64,000 bases of DNA from an uncultured virus (IMG/VR IMGVR_UViG_3300010223_000002) (IMGVR_UViG_3300010223_000002), one strand, 5' to 3'. Shown: positions 40,963 to 51,294, counted from the first letter of the stretch. The notes: generated by a model not told the origin, from the letters alone. Numbers and translations are program-made.

Positions 40963-41189
40963 AACGTTCAATGCTAACTGGTACAACCAGTTTGAAATTC
41001 AAAATCAACTACGTAGACTTTACAATCTGATTAAGAAAGTCCCGCATATTCCCAGCCTACGGCTGGATGATTTCAATCAAGCGGAACTGCTTAACTATTT
41101 ATATCCAATTCAAGAGCAAGCTAAAAAGGTAAGTTTTGGTGTTGGTATCACGTAATTTGATGGTAGGACCACTGTTTAGTAAGTTTTAA
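40959..41189 (+). pseudogene. Internally deleted, frameshifted copy of the 57609 beta-propeller gene
   Basis: The 5' ~190 nt closely matches 57609-57798 with a 1-nt deletion (ACAACCAG vs ACAACTCAG) and is joined at a shared GTA directly to the gene's 3' end (TCACGTAATTTGATGG). Confidence 0.88.
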
Positions 41190-41205
41190 TTGAATGGAGT
41201 AAGCT

Positions 41206-41544
41206 ATGAGTAGTTACAAATTAAACAAAATGGTTTTGACTGATGATGTTGAAGAAGGATTAGGTCCATTTAATAGAGGTAAATTTGCACCTTTAGTCAG
41301 ATGGGCAAAAAAGAATGGCATTGTAATATTAGCGGAAGAAGTAAAAGGAGGTAATAAGGATTATCGTACTATTTGGATTTGGGATAAAAATCCTAGTGTT
41401 AAAACTTATCAGGCTGTGTTAAATTTTATGGAAAAGATATTTAATCTTCGACCAGATTACATGAACGCAAGACCTGTGCCAGATGAATTTCATATATATA
41501 AGTTAGGCAAGAATGGCATACTTTATAGACTTTGGTGGGATTGA
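41206..41544 (+). CDS. Hypothetical protein
   Basis: GGAG SD; ends in RLWWD. Confidence 0.7.
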   Translation: MSSYKLNKMVLTDDVEEGLGPFNRGKFAPLVRWAKKNGIVILAEEVKGGNKDYRTIWIWDKNPSVKTYQAVLNFMEKIFNLRPDYMNARPVPDEFHIYKLGKNGILYRLWWD

Positions 41545-41546
41545 TC

Positions 41547-42233
41547 ATGAACACTCAAATAATGAAAAGCAAATGTAGTGGTATTGAATACTACTATTTA
41601 CCAAATGGTCAATTATATGTAAATGGAGTAGGTGCATATAAGACAAATGAGAATATGCCCAATGATGTAAATCAATGGCGTAAATTGGTATATGATAAGG
41701 CTAAGAAATACAATATTGCACCAGCATTGATTGTAGCTGTTATGTGGCAAGAAAGCCGTGGCAATGCTAGCGCTGGCAGTTATGCAAATGCATTTGGACT
41801 TATGCAATTGATTTTATCTACAGCAAAAATGATGGCTGGCAGATCTGTTTCAAAAGAAGAACTTTTTGATCCTGATTTGAATGTGGATTTAGGAGCTAAA
41901 TTATTAGCTAAATTGAATAAAGATTATAACGGTAATTTGCCGCATATATTAGCTGCTTATAATGCTGGAGGAGCATTTTGTGGTACAGGTAAAAAGTATC
42001 CAAGTGGAGAACCTTGTGCACCTAATAGGTATGGATTAGTTCAAAATTGTGGATATATTGATGCAGTAATAAGAAATTATAACAAATCTATTGAATTAGG
42101 ATGGGATGGTCATCCTGTAAGTCCAACAAGTAAATTTGTTAAAGGTTTGGCTATTTTTGGATTTAGCTTAGCAGTAGCTGGAATTGGATATGGCGGAGCA
42201 ATGTTAGCAAGAGAAAAAGGATATTTAGGATAG
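41547..42233 (+). CDS. Lytic transglycosylase (SLT) with a C-terminal TM anchor
   Basis: QESRGN, A.GLMQL, AAYNAG motifs; C-terminal hydrophobic helix. Confidence 0.92.
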   Translation: MNTQIMKSKCSGIEYYYLPNGQLYVNGVGAYKTNENMPNDVNQWRKLVYDKAKKYNIAPALIVAVMWQESRGNASAGSYANAFGLMQLILSTAKMMAGRSVSKEELFDPDLNVDLGAKLLAKLNKDYNGNLPHILAAYNAGGAFCGTGKKYPSGEPCAPNRYGLVQNCGYIDAVIRNYNKSIELGWDGHPVSPTSKFVKGLAIFGFSLAVAGIGYGGAMLAREKGYLG

Positions 42234-42236
42234 TAT

Positions 42237-42686
42237 ATGATTACTTTGTTAGTTCGTGGTGACCTGGTGAAGCTCGAATTGGATGATGGGCGCGTCATCG
42301 ACGTGCCCGATTCATGGGGGCTTGTCCACGATCTTAGCGGTAAAATCCTACATCGTTGTGATCTATTTATAGCTCCTTACCAAACCGTTAACAACAAATC
42401 TGCATCAATACCATATAAGATTAAAAAAGCTGCAAAGTCTTATTTTGGTGTAGGAGAAGGTGATCTAGTAACAGGCAGTGTTGCTATTCCAACCGGACCA
42501 TGGCATCATATCGGAAGTGTTTCGATAATCTATTATCAACGTTGGGGCAGTAAGCGTAAATCTGGTTTATTTCATCATGATTTTGATTTTCCAGTCGAAT
42601 TATATCAGCAGATAGATAAAAATGCTTACAGATTAGCCTTACCAGATGCTTGTATAATTAATGAAAGGGGATTTGTATGGCCATAG
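42237..42686 (+). CDS. Hypothetical protein (candidate virion protein)
   Basis: 149 aa ORF in the structural string. Confidence 0.7.
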   Translation: MITLLVRGDLVKLELDDGRVIDVPDSWGLVHDLSGKILHRCDLFIAPYQTVNNKSASIPYKIKKAAKSYFGVGEGDLVTGSVAIPTGPWHHIGSVSIIYYQRWGSKRKSGLFHHDFDFPVELYQQIDKNAYRLALPDACIINERGFVWP

Positions 42687-44602
42687 ATTATGAAAGAGAT
42701 TTTGAAGAAGCATTAAATAGTCCTCCTTCAGCTGATTCTGATCAAATTTTTCTATCAGAGCCTTTGACTACTAAGCAAAGAAAAGCTTTATCTGATTTTG
42801 AATTTGCATATGTATACTACAACTCAAAGGGTGAAAAGATACGTAAATATCCTGTACATGACAAATCTCATGCTATAAATGCTATGGCTAGATTGAATGC
42901 TCAATATAATAAAGGTAATATTAAACCTGCTACATATAAAAAGATAAGAGCTAGAATTCTTAAAGCATATAAGAAATTTGGTATAAATTCCAAAGCTACA
43001 TCTGCAATTAAACAATCAAGAAAAAGTGAATTACCTATGGCTGCTGAGCCTGGGTGTGGTTTTTCAGGCAATTGTATGGAGAGTAAAATGGCGATGACGA
43101 AAGCACAGAAGCGTCAAAATGCGCTGAAGAATTTAAGAAAGGCTTGGAAAGCAAGAGGTTTAAAGCCAGCCTTTGAATCTGCTGCTGAACCTAAGCCTAG
43201 GAAAAGCAGCAAAAGTAAAAGCAGTGGTAAAAAGCTAACTAAGACTCAACGTGCTGCTATTTCTAGACGAAATCTAGCTAAGGCACGTAAGGCTAGGTCA
43301 CGTAAAGCTTCTCCCGCTTACGTTTATGAGCCTGCTCCTCGTAAAGCTAAGAAAGCTAAAACTAAGGCCGGAACTGGAGCTAGTAGAAGTAGAACATTAA
43401 CTGCTGCTCAAGCTCGGCGAGAAGAAGAAAAGATTATGAGACAGCGCGCTGCTAAAGCTGCTGCTTCTAAAAAAGCTTCTGTAGCTAAAAAGCGTGCTGC
43501 TACTAGAGCTAAGGGCAAGACTAGCAATCGCGGTAAATGGCCCCGTGAAGTACCCATTGGACGATATAAGGGTATGAAAGAGGGCAATGTTATTGAAATT
43601 AAACGTGTGTATACAAAGAAAAATCCTGACTGGTCTAATGGTGGTGTAATTGCTGCTGGGGCTGGTGGTTTGCTATTAGGCGTAGTTGGTTCTGATTTAG
43701 CAGATAGATTTGTTGCCACAATGGCACCCCAGGGTGCTGCAAAAGCACTTACTGGCACAGCTGCCATTGCTGCTATTAGAACTAAGGCCAATGCTTGGCG
43801 TTTGGGAACTAGCGCTCTTGGTACCGCAGTTGGTATCGGTGGTGCTTACATGGCTTCTAGATACGATAATGATTATCTAGCAGTAGGTTTTGGAGGCTTT
43901 GGTTTGGCGTTCGGCGTCAAATTCTTGACTCAACTTATAGTTGATGTTGTTATGCCAGTTGTATTTAAGGTGGATACTAGCACTGAAGATTCTATTTCTA
44001 ATCGTTTGTATCCTGATAAACAAGATTATGCTGGTCTAAGTGCTAGTAATGGCGATGATACTGGTGTAACTGGAGTTGGTAGACCTAAGCTTTTTAGTTT
44101 ACCAAAAACGCGTTCGATTGGACCTATTGCTACTAATGGTGTAGGTACAGCTGGCTGTGGTGGTACGGGTCCGGCACATAGCTTTTTAGCGTCTGTTGCT
44201 AGACGTCATATGGCTGGCGTAAGCGGCACTTGTGGTAATAGTGGTGGATGTAGTGGTAGTTCATGCGTTGAAGGCGCATGCAATGATCCAACAGTGCCAG
44301 GATATGCCATGTCTGAAAATGGTAACACTAAAACACCTAGTACGCCCGGTCAAAGTTCTAAAGTACCTGGATATAGAGACCAAAGCAGCAATGTTAGCAC
44401 GACTATTCCAGACATCCCTTCCAATGACTATAATGGTGTAGTTGCTCAGCCGCAAGGTCAAAGTGACACATATAAGACACCTAAATACAATATTAGTCCA
44501 CTACAAATGTACAAAGTAAAAATGCAAACGCCTAGCAACAGATTTGTTGCAGGGGTAGGAACAGCGGGAGTTTACGGACACCTTTTTAAGAAGGCAGTCT
44601 AA
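42677..44602 (+). CDS. Candidate major core/membrane protein precursor: DUF6582-like domain, Lys/Arg/Ala-rich region, Gly/Ala hydrophobic helices, Cys/Gly tail
   Basis: QRKALSD.EFA...RKYPVHDKSHA.NA.AR (DUF6582-like, from recall); histone-like basic tract; KKNP then hydrophobic helices; several GVG; in-frame internal SD+ATG at 43088. Confidence 0.65.
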   Translation: MAIDYERDFEEALNSPPSADSDQIFLSEPLTTKQRKALSDFEFAYVYYNSKGEKIRKYPVHDKSHAINAMARLNAQYNKGNIKPATYKKIRARILKAYKKFGINSKATSAIKQSRKSELPMAAEPGCGFSGNCMESKMAMTKAQKRQNALKNLRKAWKARGLKPAFESAAEPKPRKSSKSKSSGKKLTKTQRAAISRRNLAKARKARSRKASPAYVYEPAPRKAKKAKTKAGTGASRSRTLTAAQARREEEKIMRQRAAKAAASKKASVAKKRAATRAKGKTSNRGKWPREVPIGRYKGMKEGNVIEIKRVYTKKNPDWSNGGVIAAGAGGLLLGVVGSDLADRFVATMAPQGAAKALTGTAAIAAIRTKANAWRLGTSALGTAVGIGGAYMASRYDNDYLAVGFGGFGLAFGVKFLTQLIVDVVMPVVFKVDTSTEDSISNRLYPDKQDYAGLSASNGDDTGVTGVGRPKLFSLPKTRSIGPIATNGVGTAGCGGTGPAHSFLASVARRHMAGVSGTCGNSGGCSGSSCVEGACNDPTVPGYAMSENGNTKTPSTPGQSSKVPGYRDQSSNVSTTIPDIPSNDYNGVVAQPQGQSDTYKTPKYNISPLQMYKVKMQTPSNRFVAGVGTAGVYGHLFKKAV

Positions 44603-44650
44603 ACAGGTTTAGGTACCTAATTGGTTGAAGGTTTTTGGAGGAATTGAAAA

Positions 44651-45889
44651 ATGTCGAAACAAGTTTCCCCTTGCAAGGTTTTGGACAATCTAGCTGAATG
44701 CTTGGACGCACCCGCGCATTGCGTTCCTACGGTTGAATATCGTTTGCTTAACTTCCAACTTCCATTGGATGACAAGCAATATCAATTCTTCAATTTGGAA
44801 GAAATCAATCTGTTCGTGGCCGATCCTCTGAGCCAAGAGCAAAGTGATGTTGTAACTAGCTCTAACCTTTCTGATCGTGGTCTTAGTATGAATGCTCCAT
44901 TCGTTATGATGGGCATTTGTATTTATGCATATGGCGAGGCGCATGGTTTTTCGTTAGATGGCAACTGGTATCAAGGTCAAGAAGCATTAGAGGGTTTGGC
45001 TTCATTCCCTGGCAGCCCTACACTTCTTAGAAGCACAGCGACTTATTTGCAGCGTTTGGGTTTGCCTGCCGATCAAGTTGCCTGTCAAGCTCAGTTTGAC
45101 TTTGGTAATCCTACTTGGCGCGCTGTTTGGGCATTTATGCATGCGTTCCGTATTCGCGTAGAATGCCCAGATACATCTACTGGTGAATACTTGTTAGATG
45201 ATACTGTCGCTGACGTTGGCAATTGCTGTTCTCATGCTTTGCCTGAAGGTTTTGGCGCTTCCAAGACAAATTGGATTCAATACGTTAGAACCGTAAATGA
45301 GAGACTTAAGGAGATTCAAGGCGGCGAAGGTTTGCCTAATGTAAGCAATAGCACTATCCCTGGTGTTGGTTCTACTGCTGATGCTGGTTATTTCTTCCCG
45401 TTCAACGTTGAACAAGGCTTTAGTGGAGCAGACGGTAGCAATTCTACTGTTACTCCTTATCGTCAACCTGTTGACATTAGCGCATTTGGTCGGGAATATA
45501 TGAATCCGACCATTGAACAATGGCATCGTTTTGCTTGTCCTATTCCTCTTGAGAGAGAATCCAAGATTCGTATTTATTTCTATAAGAATAATGGTAGCAA
45601 GCCTTACCTTACTCGTCTTTTGACTGAAATGTGTATGCAACGTTGCATCGCTCCTATTCCGACGAATACAAATGGCATTTCGCTATTCGAGGATGATGAG
45701 AATCCTGAAACTGGTACTACTGAGTATAGCACTTGGACTAAGATTCCTGGTGGTCGTATTCGTATCGGCGTTGGTCTAAAGGGCTTCTTCGTTAGACCTA
45801 AGGTTTGCGCTGATCTAGTTTCGCTAGTTAAAAATGGCGCTCTACCCGGTGAGCCTGGTGGGCTAAGCTGCTACAACTGTAATCAGTAA
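44651..45889 (+). CDS. Candidate major capsid protein (jelly-roll type suspected)
   Basis: 412 aa, soluble and beta-strand-like, GGAGG SD, codon usage shifted relative to neighbours, follows the basic membrane protein and precedes a strong hairpin; no HK97 signature recognised. Confidence 0.5.
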   Translation: MSKQVSPCKVLDNLAECLDAPAHCVPTVEYRLLNFQLPLDDKQYQFFNLEEINLFVADPLSQEQSDVVTSSNLSDRGLSMNAPFVMMGICIYAYGEAHGFSLDGNWYQGQEALEGLASFPGSPTLLRSTATYLQRLGLPADQVACQAQFDFGNPTWRAVWAFMHAFRIRVECPDTSTGEYLLDDTVADVGNCCSHALPEGFGASKTNWIQYVRTVNERLKEIQGGEGLPNVSNSTIPGVGSTADAGYFFPFNVEQGFSGADGSNSTVTPYRQPVDISAFGREYMNPTIEQWHRFACPIPLERESKIRIYFYKNNGSKPYLTRLLTEMCMQRCIAPIPTNTNGISLFEDDENPETGTTEYSTWTKIPGGRIRIGVGLKGFFVRPKVCADLVSLVKNGALPGEPGGLSCYNCNQ

Positions 45890-45893
45890 TAAG

Positions 45894-45960
45894 TTAGTAG
45901 TGTAGCTGGTGGGGTTCAGTCAATGATTGGACCCTACCTACAACAAAGCTAACAGTTTTT
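45894..45960 (+). terminator. Long stem-loop/terminator after the candidate capsid gene
   Basis: 14-bp stem GGTGGGGTTCAGTC-AAT-GATTGGACCCTACC (45908-45938, with G:U pairs), partial outer pairing, then a T-run. Confidence 0.7.
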
Positions 45961-45984
45961 GAAACTCTGATATCGGAGGATTAA

Positions 45985-46617
45985 ATGGATAACATTGCGT
46001 GGCCTTTGAACATGGAATTGATTCGTGGTATTGCTATGTTGAATCCTAGACTAGCGTACATGTTAGTCAGAGGGAATCAATTAGTTCCTAGAGCATATAA
46101 TATTGAAGTAACGTTCGAAGATACTGCAAAGGATAAAGTTCTTAGCGGTGCTCTTTATGAGAGAATGTTTCAAGATGCATGGATAAAGGATTTGCGATAC
46201 ACTATCAGAAGAGAAGATGCATTTGCAGGAAATATTGCTAAATGGCAATCTGATAACTATGCGGCACTTGAATCTTACGTAGACGTATTCATAAGAATTG
46301 AAGGACAGGATAAATATAGAATTACTAATTCTTATACCCCACTTGAAAGCATTGCATCACATACTAATGGCGCTCCTGGCGCAAATGTATTAGGTAATGC
46401 TTGGACAATTACAAGAGATCAGAATTTTTATGTTGATTTTAAGTTGAAGAGAGATTTGTTACAAGATGAAGTTCCTTACAATATAATTTTCACTTTACAT
46501 GTATTAGAGTTATCTGGTTGCAGTTTGAAGGCTGTTGATTATACGGAAGCATTGTGTGCACTAAGAAAGATTGGCATATGTCCAGAAACGTGTGAAGTAA
46601 CGTCTACACAGAGATAA
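45985..46617 (+). CDS. Candidate second/minor capsid protein
   Basis: GGAGG SD; soluble, alternating beta-strand pattern; adjacent to the candidate MCP. Confidence 0.45.
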   Translation: MDNIAWPLNMELIRGIAMLNPRLAYMLVRGNQLVPRAYNIEVTFEDTAKDKVLSGALYERMFQDAWIKDLRYTIRREDAFAGNIAKWQSDNYAALESYVDVFIRIEGQDKYRITNSYTPLESIASHTNGAPGANVLGNAWTITRDQNFYVDFKLKRDLLQDEVPYNIIFTLHVLELSGCSLKAVDYTEALCALRKIGICPETCEVTSTQR

Positions 46618-46665
46618 TAAAATAGTAGTTGAATTTGTTTTTTGTTTGTGATATGGTAATTAAAA

Positions 46666-47481
46666 ATGAGAAGATTTGATAGAGTAATACTCTCTACTTC
46701 TAATAGAGATCCAGGTAAAGTAGCAGTAGGATCGTCGCCAGCTTTAGGCGACGTTTCTGCTTTGGGTATTATACTCCCTCCCGATCCTACTCCCGCAATA
46801 AATACACAAAGAAGTAGATATTTAATCAGGCTCTGCGGTATGCAGATAGGACCTGATTGTATTGCTATTATAAGAAGTATTAGACAATACGTAACTATCG
46901 CTGCTGAAGTAGAAGTTGAACAAGGTGGTCCTAGTTATATATACGAATTTCCGGTGATTTCTCCTACATGGGCTTTCCCCGACGGTAATATTAGCTGGCA
47001 CCTATTAAAAAGATCTCCTAGTAAATCAAAGATAGGTGGACGTACTACTGCTATATCTTCTGTTGGTCAACCACCTGGGTATAGTCCAGATATTAGAAAT
47101 ATCGCATCTGGCATTCTTTACCATACATTACCAACTACTGTTGATCCATTAAGCGCTGGTTATCAACCTCCGAATGGAGGTAAACCGCCAGGCGAAGGAA
47201 TAAGTGATTATTCTACATGGAAAGATATGCGTTTTCCATGGCGAAATTTTAACAATATATCTGATACTGGAATATCAGTTATAGGTCCAGGCGACATATG
47301 TTTGTATGCATCTGTGTGTCAAACTAATCCAGAAACTAGGGTAAATCAACCTGGAGATACATTGCCTGTTTGGGCTGTAAGTGAAGATCAATTTGTATAT
47401 ACTTATCCATCATCTGCTAGATATTACAGAATAGCAGGTGAGTTAGTAGTTGATTTGTGTAAAATTGAAGAAGGTGATTAA
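46666..47481 (+). CDS. Candidate structural protein (Pro-rich, beta-rich)
   Basis: Position in the structural string; no TM. Confidence 0.5.
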   Translation: MRRFDRVILSTSNRDPGKVAVGSSPALGDVSALGIILPPDPTPAINTQRSRYLIRLCGMQIGPDCIAIIRSIRQYVTIAAEVEVEQGGPSYIYEFPVISPTWAFPDGNISWHLLKRSPSKSKIGGRTTAISSVGQPPGYSPDIRNIASGILYHTLPTTVDPLSAGYQPPNGGKPPGEGISDYSTWKDMRFPWRNFNNISDTGISVIGPGDICLYASVCQTNPETRVNQPGDTLPVWAVSEDQFVYTYPSSARYYRIAGELVVDLCKIEEGD

Positions 47482-47482
47482 A

Positions 47483-48259
47483 ATGATTGAATCTGTTAAT
47501 GAACAATCCATTCTAAGCAACATCAAGGTGAGTAAGTTACTTGTAATTGATACTTCTACTCAAGAAGGATTGACAAGTAAAAAACAATTGTTTGATTCAG
47601 TTAATGTTGATTTATCTGATCCAAAAAATAATGTAGTATTTCTTTATCAAATGTTTTTTTTGGACGAAGTTAAGTCCGAGTATCCTAGTGTTGAAATATG
47701 GGGAGTTGTAGAAACTACTGCTGAATGGGCAGTTGTATTGTATCAAGATTCTATTAATAATGTGTATGAAAAGATATGGGATGAATTATCTGACAAACCA
47801 TCTGAAAATCCTCCTTCTATTCCACTTAACGGAGTATTTGATTGCAATACTGCTAGCGCTACATTGCTGCCAGCCCAAATGGCTAGAGGTACTGGGGTTG
47901 GTAAAGTAGATTATTGGCCATTAGGCAGACTTGAGTTTAATTGGTGTTTATCTAATAGTAGTATACTCGCAGATATGATAGAATATAATAATCAAGAGAT
48001 AAATGCTGATACTTTTAATATTACATTTCAGCCCAGGTTCCAAGTAAATGTCCCAGAAGATAATTTTGTTGGCATTTCTATTCCAGAACATTGTGAAGGA
48101 ATAAAGCCCACAGAAATGGTGGTTGGGACAAAGAGTGAAGGTAAACAGCAAGATTGGGTTTGGCCTATCTTTTTAGGAACTATGTCTGGAGTTATTTTGA
48201 TAGGAATGGCGTACTATGCTTTTTCTGACAAATTTAAGACACCTGAAATGGAATACTAG
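47483..48259 (+). CDS. C-terminally anchored membrane protein
   Basis: GTGVGK motif; C-terminal TM. Confidence 0.7.
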   Translation: MIESVNEQSILSNIKVSKLLVIDTSTQEGLTSKKQLFDSVNVDLSDPKNNVVFLYQMFFLDEVKSEYPSVEIWGVVETTAEWAVVLYQDSINNVYEKIWDELSDKPSENPPSIPLNGVFDCNTASATLLPAQMARGTGVGKVDYWPLGRLEFNWCLSNSSILADMIEYNNQEINADTFNITFQPRFQVNVPEDNFVGISIPEHCEGIKPTEMVVGTKSEGKQQDWVWPIFLGTMSGVILIGMAYYAFSDKFKTPEMEY

Positions 48260-48268
48260 GAGTTTGTT

Positions 48269-49099
48269 ATGGTAACACCTAATTTTTCTCCATCCTTGCA
48301 TACTACCGCAGTTGAACTTTATCCTACTAATGTAGCAGATTGTATAGCTAGAATAGATAATAATTTTGGAGACTATCAAACAAAGCAGTTAGTATGTCAA
48401 ACCTTTGTAGGTTTAAATGTATCTGCTGGTTTGGATGCTATGGCAATGGGTGCCAGTGCAGAAGGGCATCCAATTTTAGCTAAATGGTGTACGGCTAAAG
48501 CTAATGCATTAAGAGGAGTAACTAACGATAATTGGCCTAATCCTGCTACGGAGGTGCCGCCATTTCCTAAGAATATAAATGAATGTATTGCTAATATAGA
48601 TAATAGTCTAGATAGTGTAAATAAACAACTTGGATGTGAGTTTTTATTAAGTGAATATACGACTGCATCTGCTTTAGAATTAGCTGCTGAGTCGGCAGAA
48701 AAACAAGGTCGGCCTATTTATGCAGCATGGTGTAGACAAGCTGCTAAAGCTAAAAAAAGTGGAACTAGCACTGGAAATACCACTTATACAAATGAAGGAT
48801 TGCCACCACTACCAAAGACTCAAAATGAGTGTTTATTGAATATTGATGCAAGTATGCCGCAAACTGAAAAGTTGGCTGCTTGTGCAGAATTATTCAACGA
48901 TCAGAATAAAGCTCAAGATTATATAGATTTTGCTGATGAAGCAAATGCAGCTGGTTATCCTATTATTAAAAATTGGTTTATTCAAAAAGCTGGTAATTTG
49001 CAAGAAAAAGCTGATTATACTATGTATTACTACATAGGTGGTGGAGCATTAGCTTTTTTGCTAGCTTTGGGAATTGGAATTGCAATAGTTAAAAAATAA
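48269..49099 (+). CDS. Protein with three internal Cys-containing helical repeats and a C-terminal TM
   Basis: 3x P.N...C...ID......K...C...A..A...G.PI...W...A. Confidence 0.75.
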   Translation: MVTPNFSPSLHTTAVELYPTNVADCIARIDNNFGDYQTKQLVCQTFVGLNVSAGLDAMAMGASAEGHPILAKWCTAKANALRGVTNDNWPNPATEVPPFPKNINECIANIDNSLDSVNKQLGCEFLLSEYTTASALELAAESAEKQGRPIYAAWCRQAAKAKKSGTSTGNTTYTNEGLPPLPKTQNECLLNIDASMPQTEKLAACAELFNDQNKAQDYIDFADEANAAGYPIIKNWFIQKAGNLQEKADYTMYYYIGGGALAFLLALGIGIAIVKK

Positions 49100-49111
49100 T
49101 TGGAGTTTGAA

Positions 49112-49906
49112 ATGCATTGTGTAGGAATGGGCGGCACTACTAGGTATGTCTATACAGTGCAGTATGGAGATACCGTAGATAGTATATCAGAAAAATATAC
49201 TGGTGATCCTAATAGATGGCCAGAATTGGTTCAGGCTAATAGAAATTATCCAGTAGAGAGGATAAATATAAATGGTAATCTTTATTGGATGTTTAAGACT
49301 CTGAATATTGGTCAGACTCTTACAATTCCAGATACATGGTTACCTGCTAAGTCAGATAGAATACCAGTAAAAGATTTAAAAACTTATGGTTACAGTTGGG
49401 ATATATACAGATTCAATGATAATCCAAGAATTTGGTATCATAGTCAGCCGTTAGATATATATTTAGTACAAACTCTATTTCCAGAATGTAATCCGACTTT
49501 ACCTAAATGTCCAGGTAGTCAACCATATATGCAACATTTTTATGACTATAATAAAAGACTTAGGCAACTGTGGGGTGCCAATATGGATAAGCCGATAGCC
49601 ACTATCGGCAAAAGATGTGGACAATATGAAGAAGTTTATACGCTAGGTTTAAAGCCTGGTGATATTGTAAAAATACCAGCAGATTGGCCGGATCCTAATC
49701 CAAAGAATATCAAATTCCAAACTAAATTATATGAACTAAATCGAATGCTTGTACCACTTTCCTCTCCCGTCACTCCAGATCGAGTGTATAATTGGAGAGT
49801 CACACGGGGTCCACTTCGTGGATTTGGTACTTTTAATTCAAATTATTATAGAATAATGAGATGGGGTGGAATGAACGTTAACGATTACATGCAACCAGGT
49901 TTTTAA
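49112..49906 (+). CDS. LysM-domain protein
   Basis: YTVQYGDTVDSISEKY...WPELVQAN...LNIGQTLTIP; a second degenerate LysM ending LKPGDIVKIP. Confidence 0.85.
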   Translation: MHCVGMGGTTRYVYTVQYGDTVDSISEKYTGDPNRWPELVQANRNYPVERININGNLYWMFKTLNIGQTLTIPDTWLPAKSDRIPVKDLKTYGYSWDIYRFNDNPRIWYHSQPLDIYLVQTLFPECNPTLPKCPGSQPYMQHFYDYNKRLRQLWGANMDKPIATIGKRCGQYEEVYTLGLKPGDIVKIPADWPDPNPKNIKFQTKLYELNRMLVPLSSPVTPDRVYNWRVTRGPLRGFGTFNSNYYRIMRWGGMNVNDYMQPGF

Positions 49907-49932
49907 TCAAACTTTTCTAGATGGAGCTCAAA

Positions 49933-50457
49933 ATGTATTACACGCAAGTAAGAATTGGAGATCGTAACTACTCTGGAATCGCTGATAGATTTAATCGTAA
50001 AAGCGATTGGCATGAACTTGCTAGACTGAATAATTTCAAAATGGTTCATGCTGGCGATAGAGTAAGACTACCAGATTCTTGGGTAAATAGTGGTAGAAGA
50101 AGCGTACCAGCTGTTTTTCAAGGTCAAGTAGCTGGCACTTCAGTTCCTAATTCAATGCAAGGTTCGCCTAGTCGTCAATTTGGCGTTGGACAGACTGAGA
50201 ATGCAATTGATCAAAAGCAATGTTTAGCTAGTTTTGACACATTGAGAACAGCAGATAATCCTATTTGGACTGCACTTGTAGCTAAATATGGAGAAGAATC
50301 CGCCAAGAAGAGATACGATATTATTGCTCGTGCATCTTGCAGTGATAATGAAATGATGATTCATATTCCGTGGCTTTTGCTTGCTGGATCGGCTGCTGTT
50401 GGAGCACTTTTAGGTGTAGGTGTTACTTTTGGCACCATGAAGCTTATGGAGAGGTGA
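49933..50457 (+). CDS. LysM-like domain, GVG motif, Cys-pair domain and C-terminal TM
   Basis: VRIGD..SGIADRF....HELARLN...HAGDRVRLP. Confidence 0.7.
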   Translation: MYYTQVRIGDRNYSGIADRFNRKSDWHELARLNNFKMVHAGDRVRLPDSWVNSGRRSVPAVFQGQVAGTSVPNSMQGSPSRQFGVGQTENAIDQKQCLASFDTLRTADNPIWTALVAKYGEESAKKRYDIIARASCSDNEMMIHIPWLLLAGSAAVGALLGVGVTFGTMKLMER

Positions 50458-50477
50458 GTTAGATTCAATTTGCTAGT

Positions 50478-50510
50478 GGGAGACTAAGTCTCCCTATCAT
50501 AACTTTTTTT
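50478..50510 (+). terminator. Putative terminator
   Basis: GGGAGAC-TAA-GTCTCCC hairpin followed by a T7 run. Confidence 0.55.
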
Positions 50511-50521
50511 GGAGTTTGAAA

Positions 50522-50980
50522 ATGAAATGTGGCAAATGTGGGAATGCTAATTGTGGTTCTGAATGTCATAAGCAGTTTAATTGGTGGGGTAATCAATTTG
50601 GATACAATCCTAATGGATATAGCAATGCACCAGTAGTTCAACAAAACTGGTGGAATGAACAATTTGCTCCCCAAGTAATTGGCGTAGGCGAAACAAGCAA
50701 CGCTCAATTAACAATAGAAATAGAAAAATGCGCTCAGGCAGCCTACAATGAAATGGCTACTAACGGCGACTTGCAAGCTTTGTACAATGGCGGATATACT
50801 GATTCAGAAGTTAGAAGTTTACTTAAAGAAGCATGTATTGAACAGATTTTGCAAGTAGAAGATGAATCAGAAAGTATTTTATATAGTCCAATTGAAATGA
50901 AGGCTTGGGTTTTAACATTAGCATTTTTAGGAACTACAACACTTGGTGGTATTATTGGATACATGGTAGGTAGACGATGA
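50522..50980 (+). CDS. C-x34-C family membrane protein, paralog 1
   Basis: GVG, C-x34-C helical domain, C-terminal TM. Confidence 0.75.
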   Translation: MKCGKCGNANCGSECHKQFNWWGNQFGYNPNGYSNAPVVQQNWWNEQFAPQVIGVGETSNAQLTIEIEKCAQAAYNEMATNGDLQALYNGGYTDSEVRSLLKEACIEQILQVEDESESILYSPIEMKAWVLTLAFLGTTTLGGIIGYMVGRR

Positions 50981-51294
50981 TAGGTCAAGTTGAATATCCA
51001 CCAGGTGTAGATTTTGATATATCTGATTGTGTAGATCATGCTATACTGTTAGCAAAAGAAAATGGTGATTATCAAAAATTAATTGACGCTGGATATGATG
51101 ATATTCAGATAAGAGGCGTATTTGCTGATGAATGTATTAAAAATACTCCGAATAAAAATGAGGATTCAGTAAAAGGTTGGCTTATTCAAGAGTATACATA
51201 TAGTGCTGAAAGATACAAGATTATAGGCGTAACAGCGTTAGTATCTATCGGCTGTGGAATAATTGGATATTTGATAGGAGCAAGTCGTGCTTGA
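50977..51294 (+). CDS. C-x34-C family membrane protein, paralog 2
   Basis: C-x34-C containing NGD...LIDAGY; C-terminal TM ending GIIGY. Confidence 0.75.
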   Translation: MIGQVEYPPGVDFDISDCVDHAILLAKENGDYQKLIDAGYDDIQIRGVFADECIKNTPNKNEDSVKGWLIQEYTYSAERYKIIGVTALVSIGCGIIGYLIGASRA

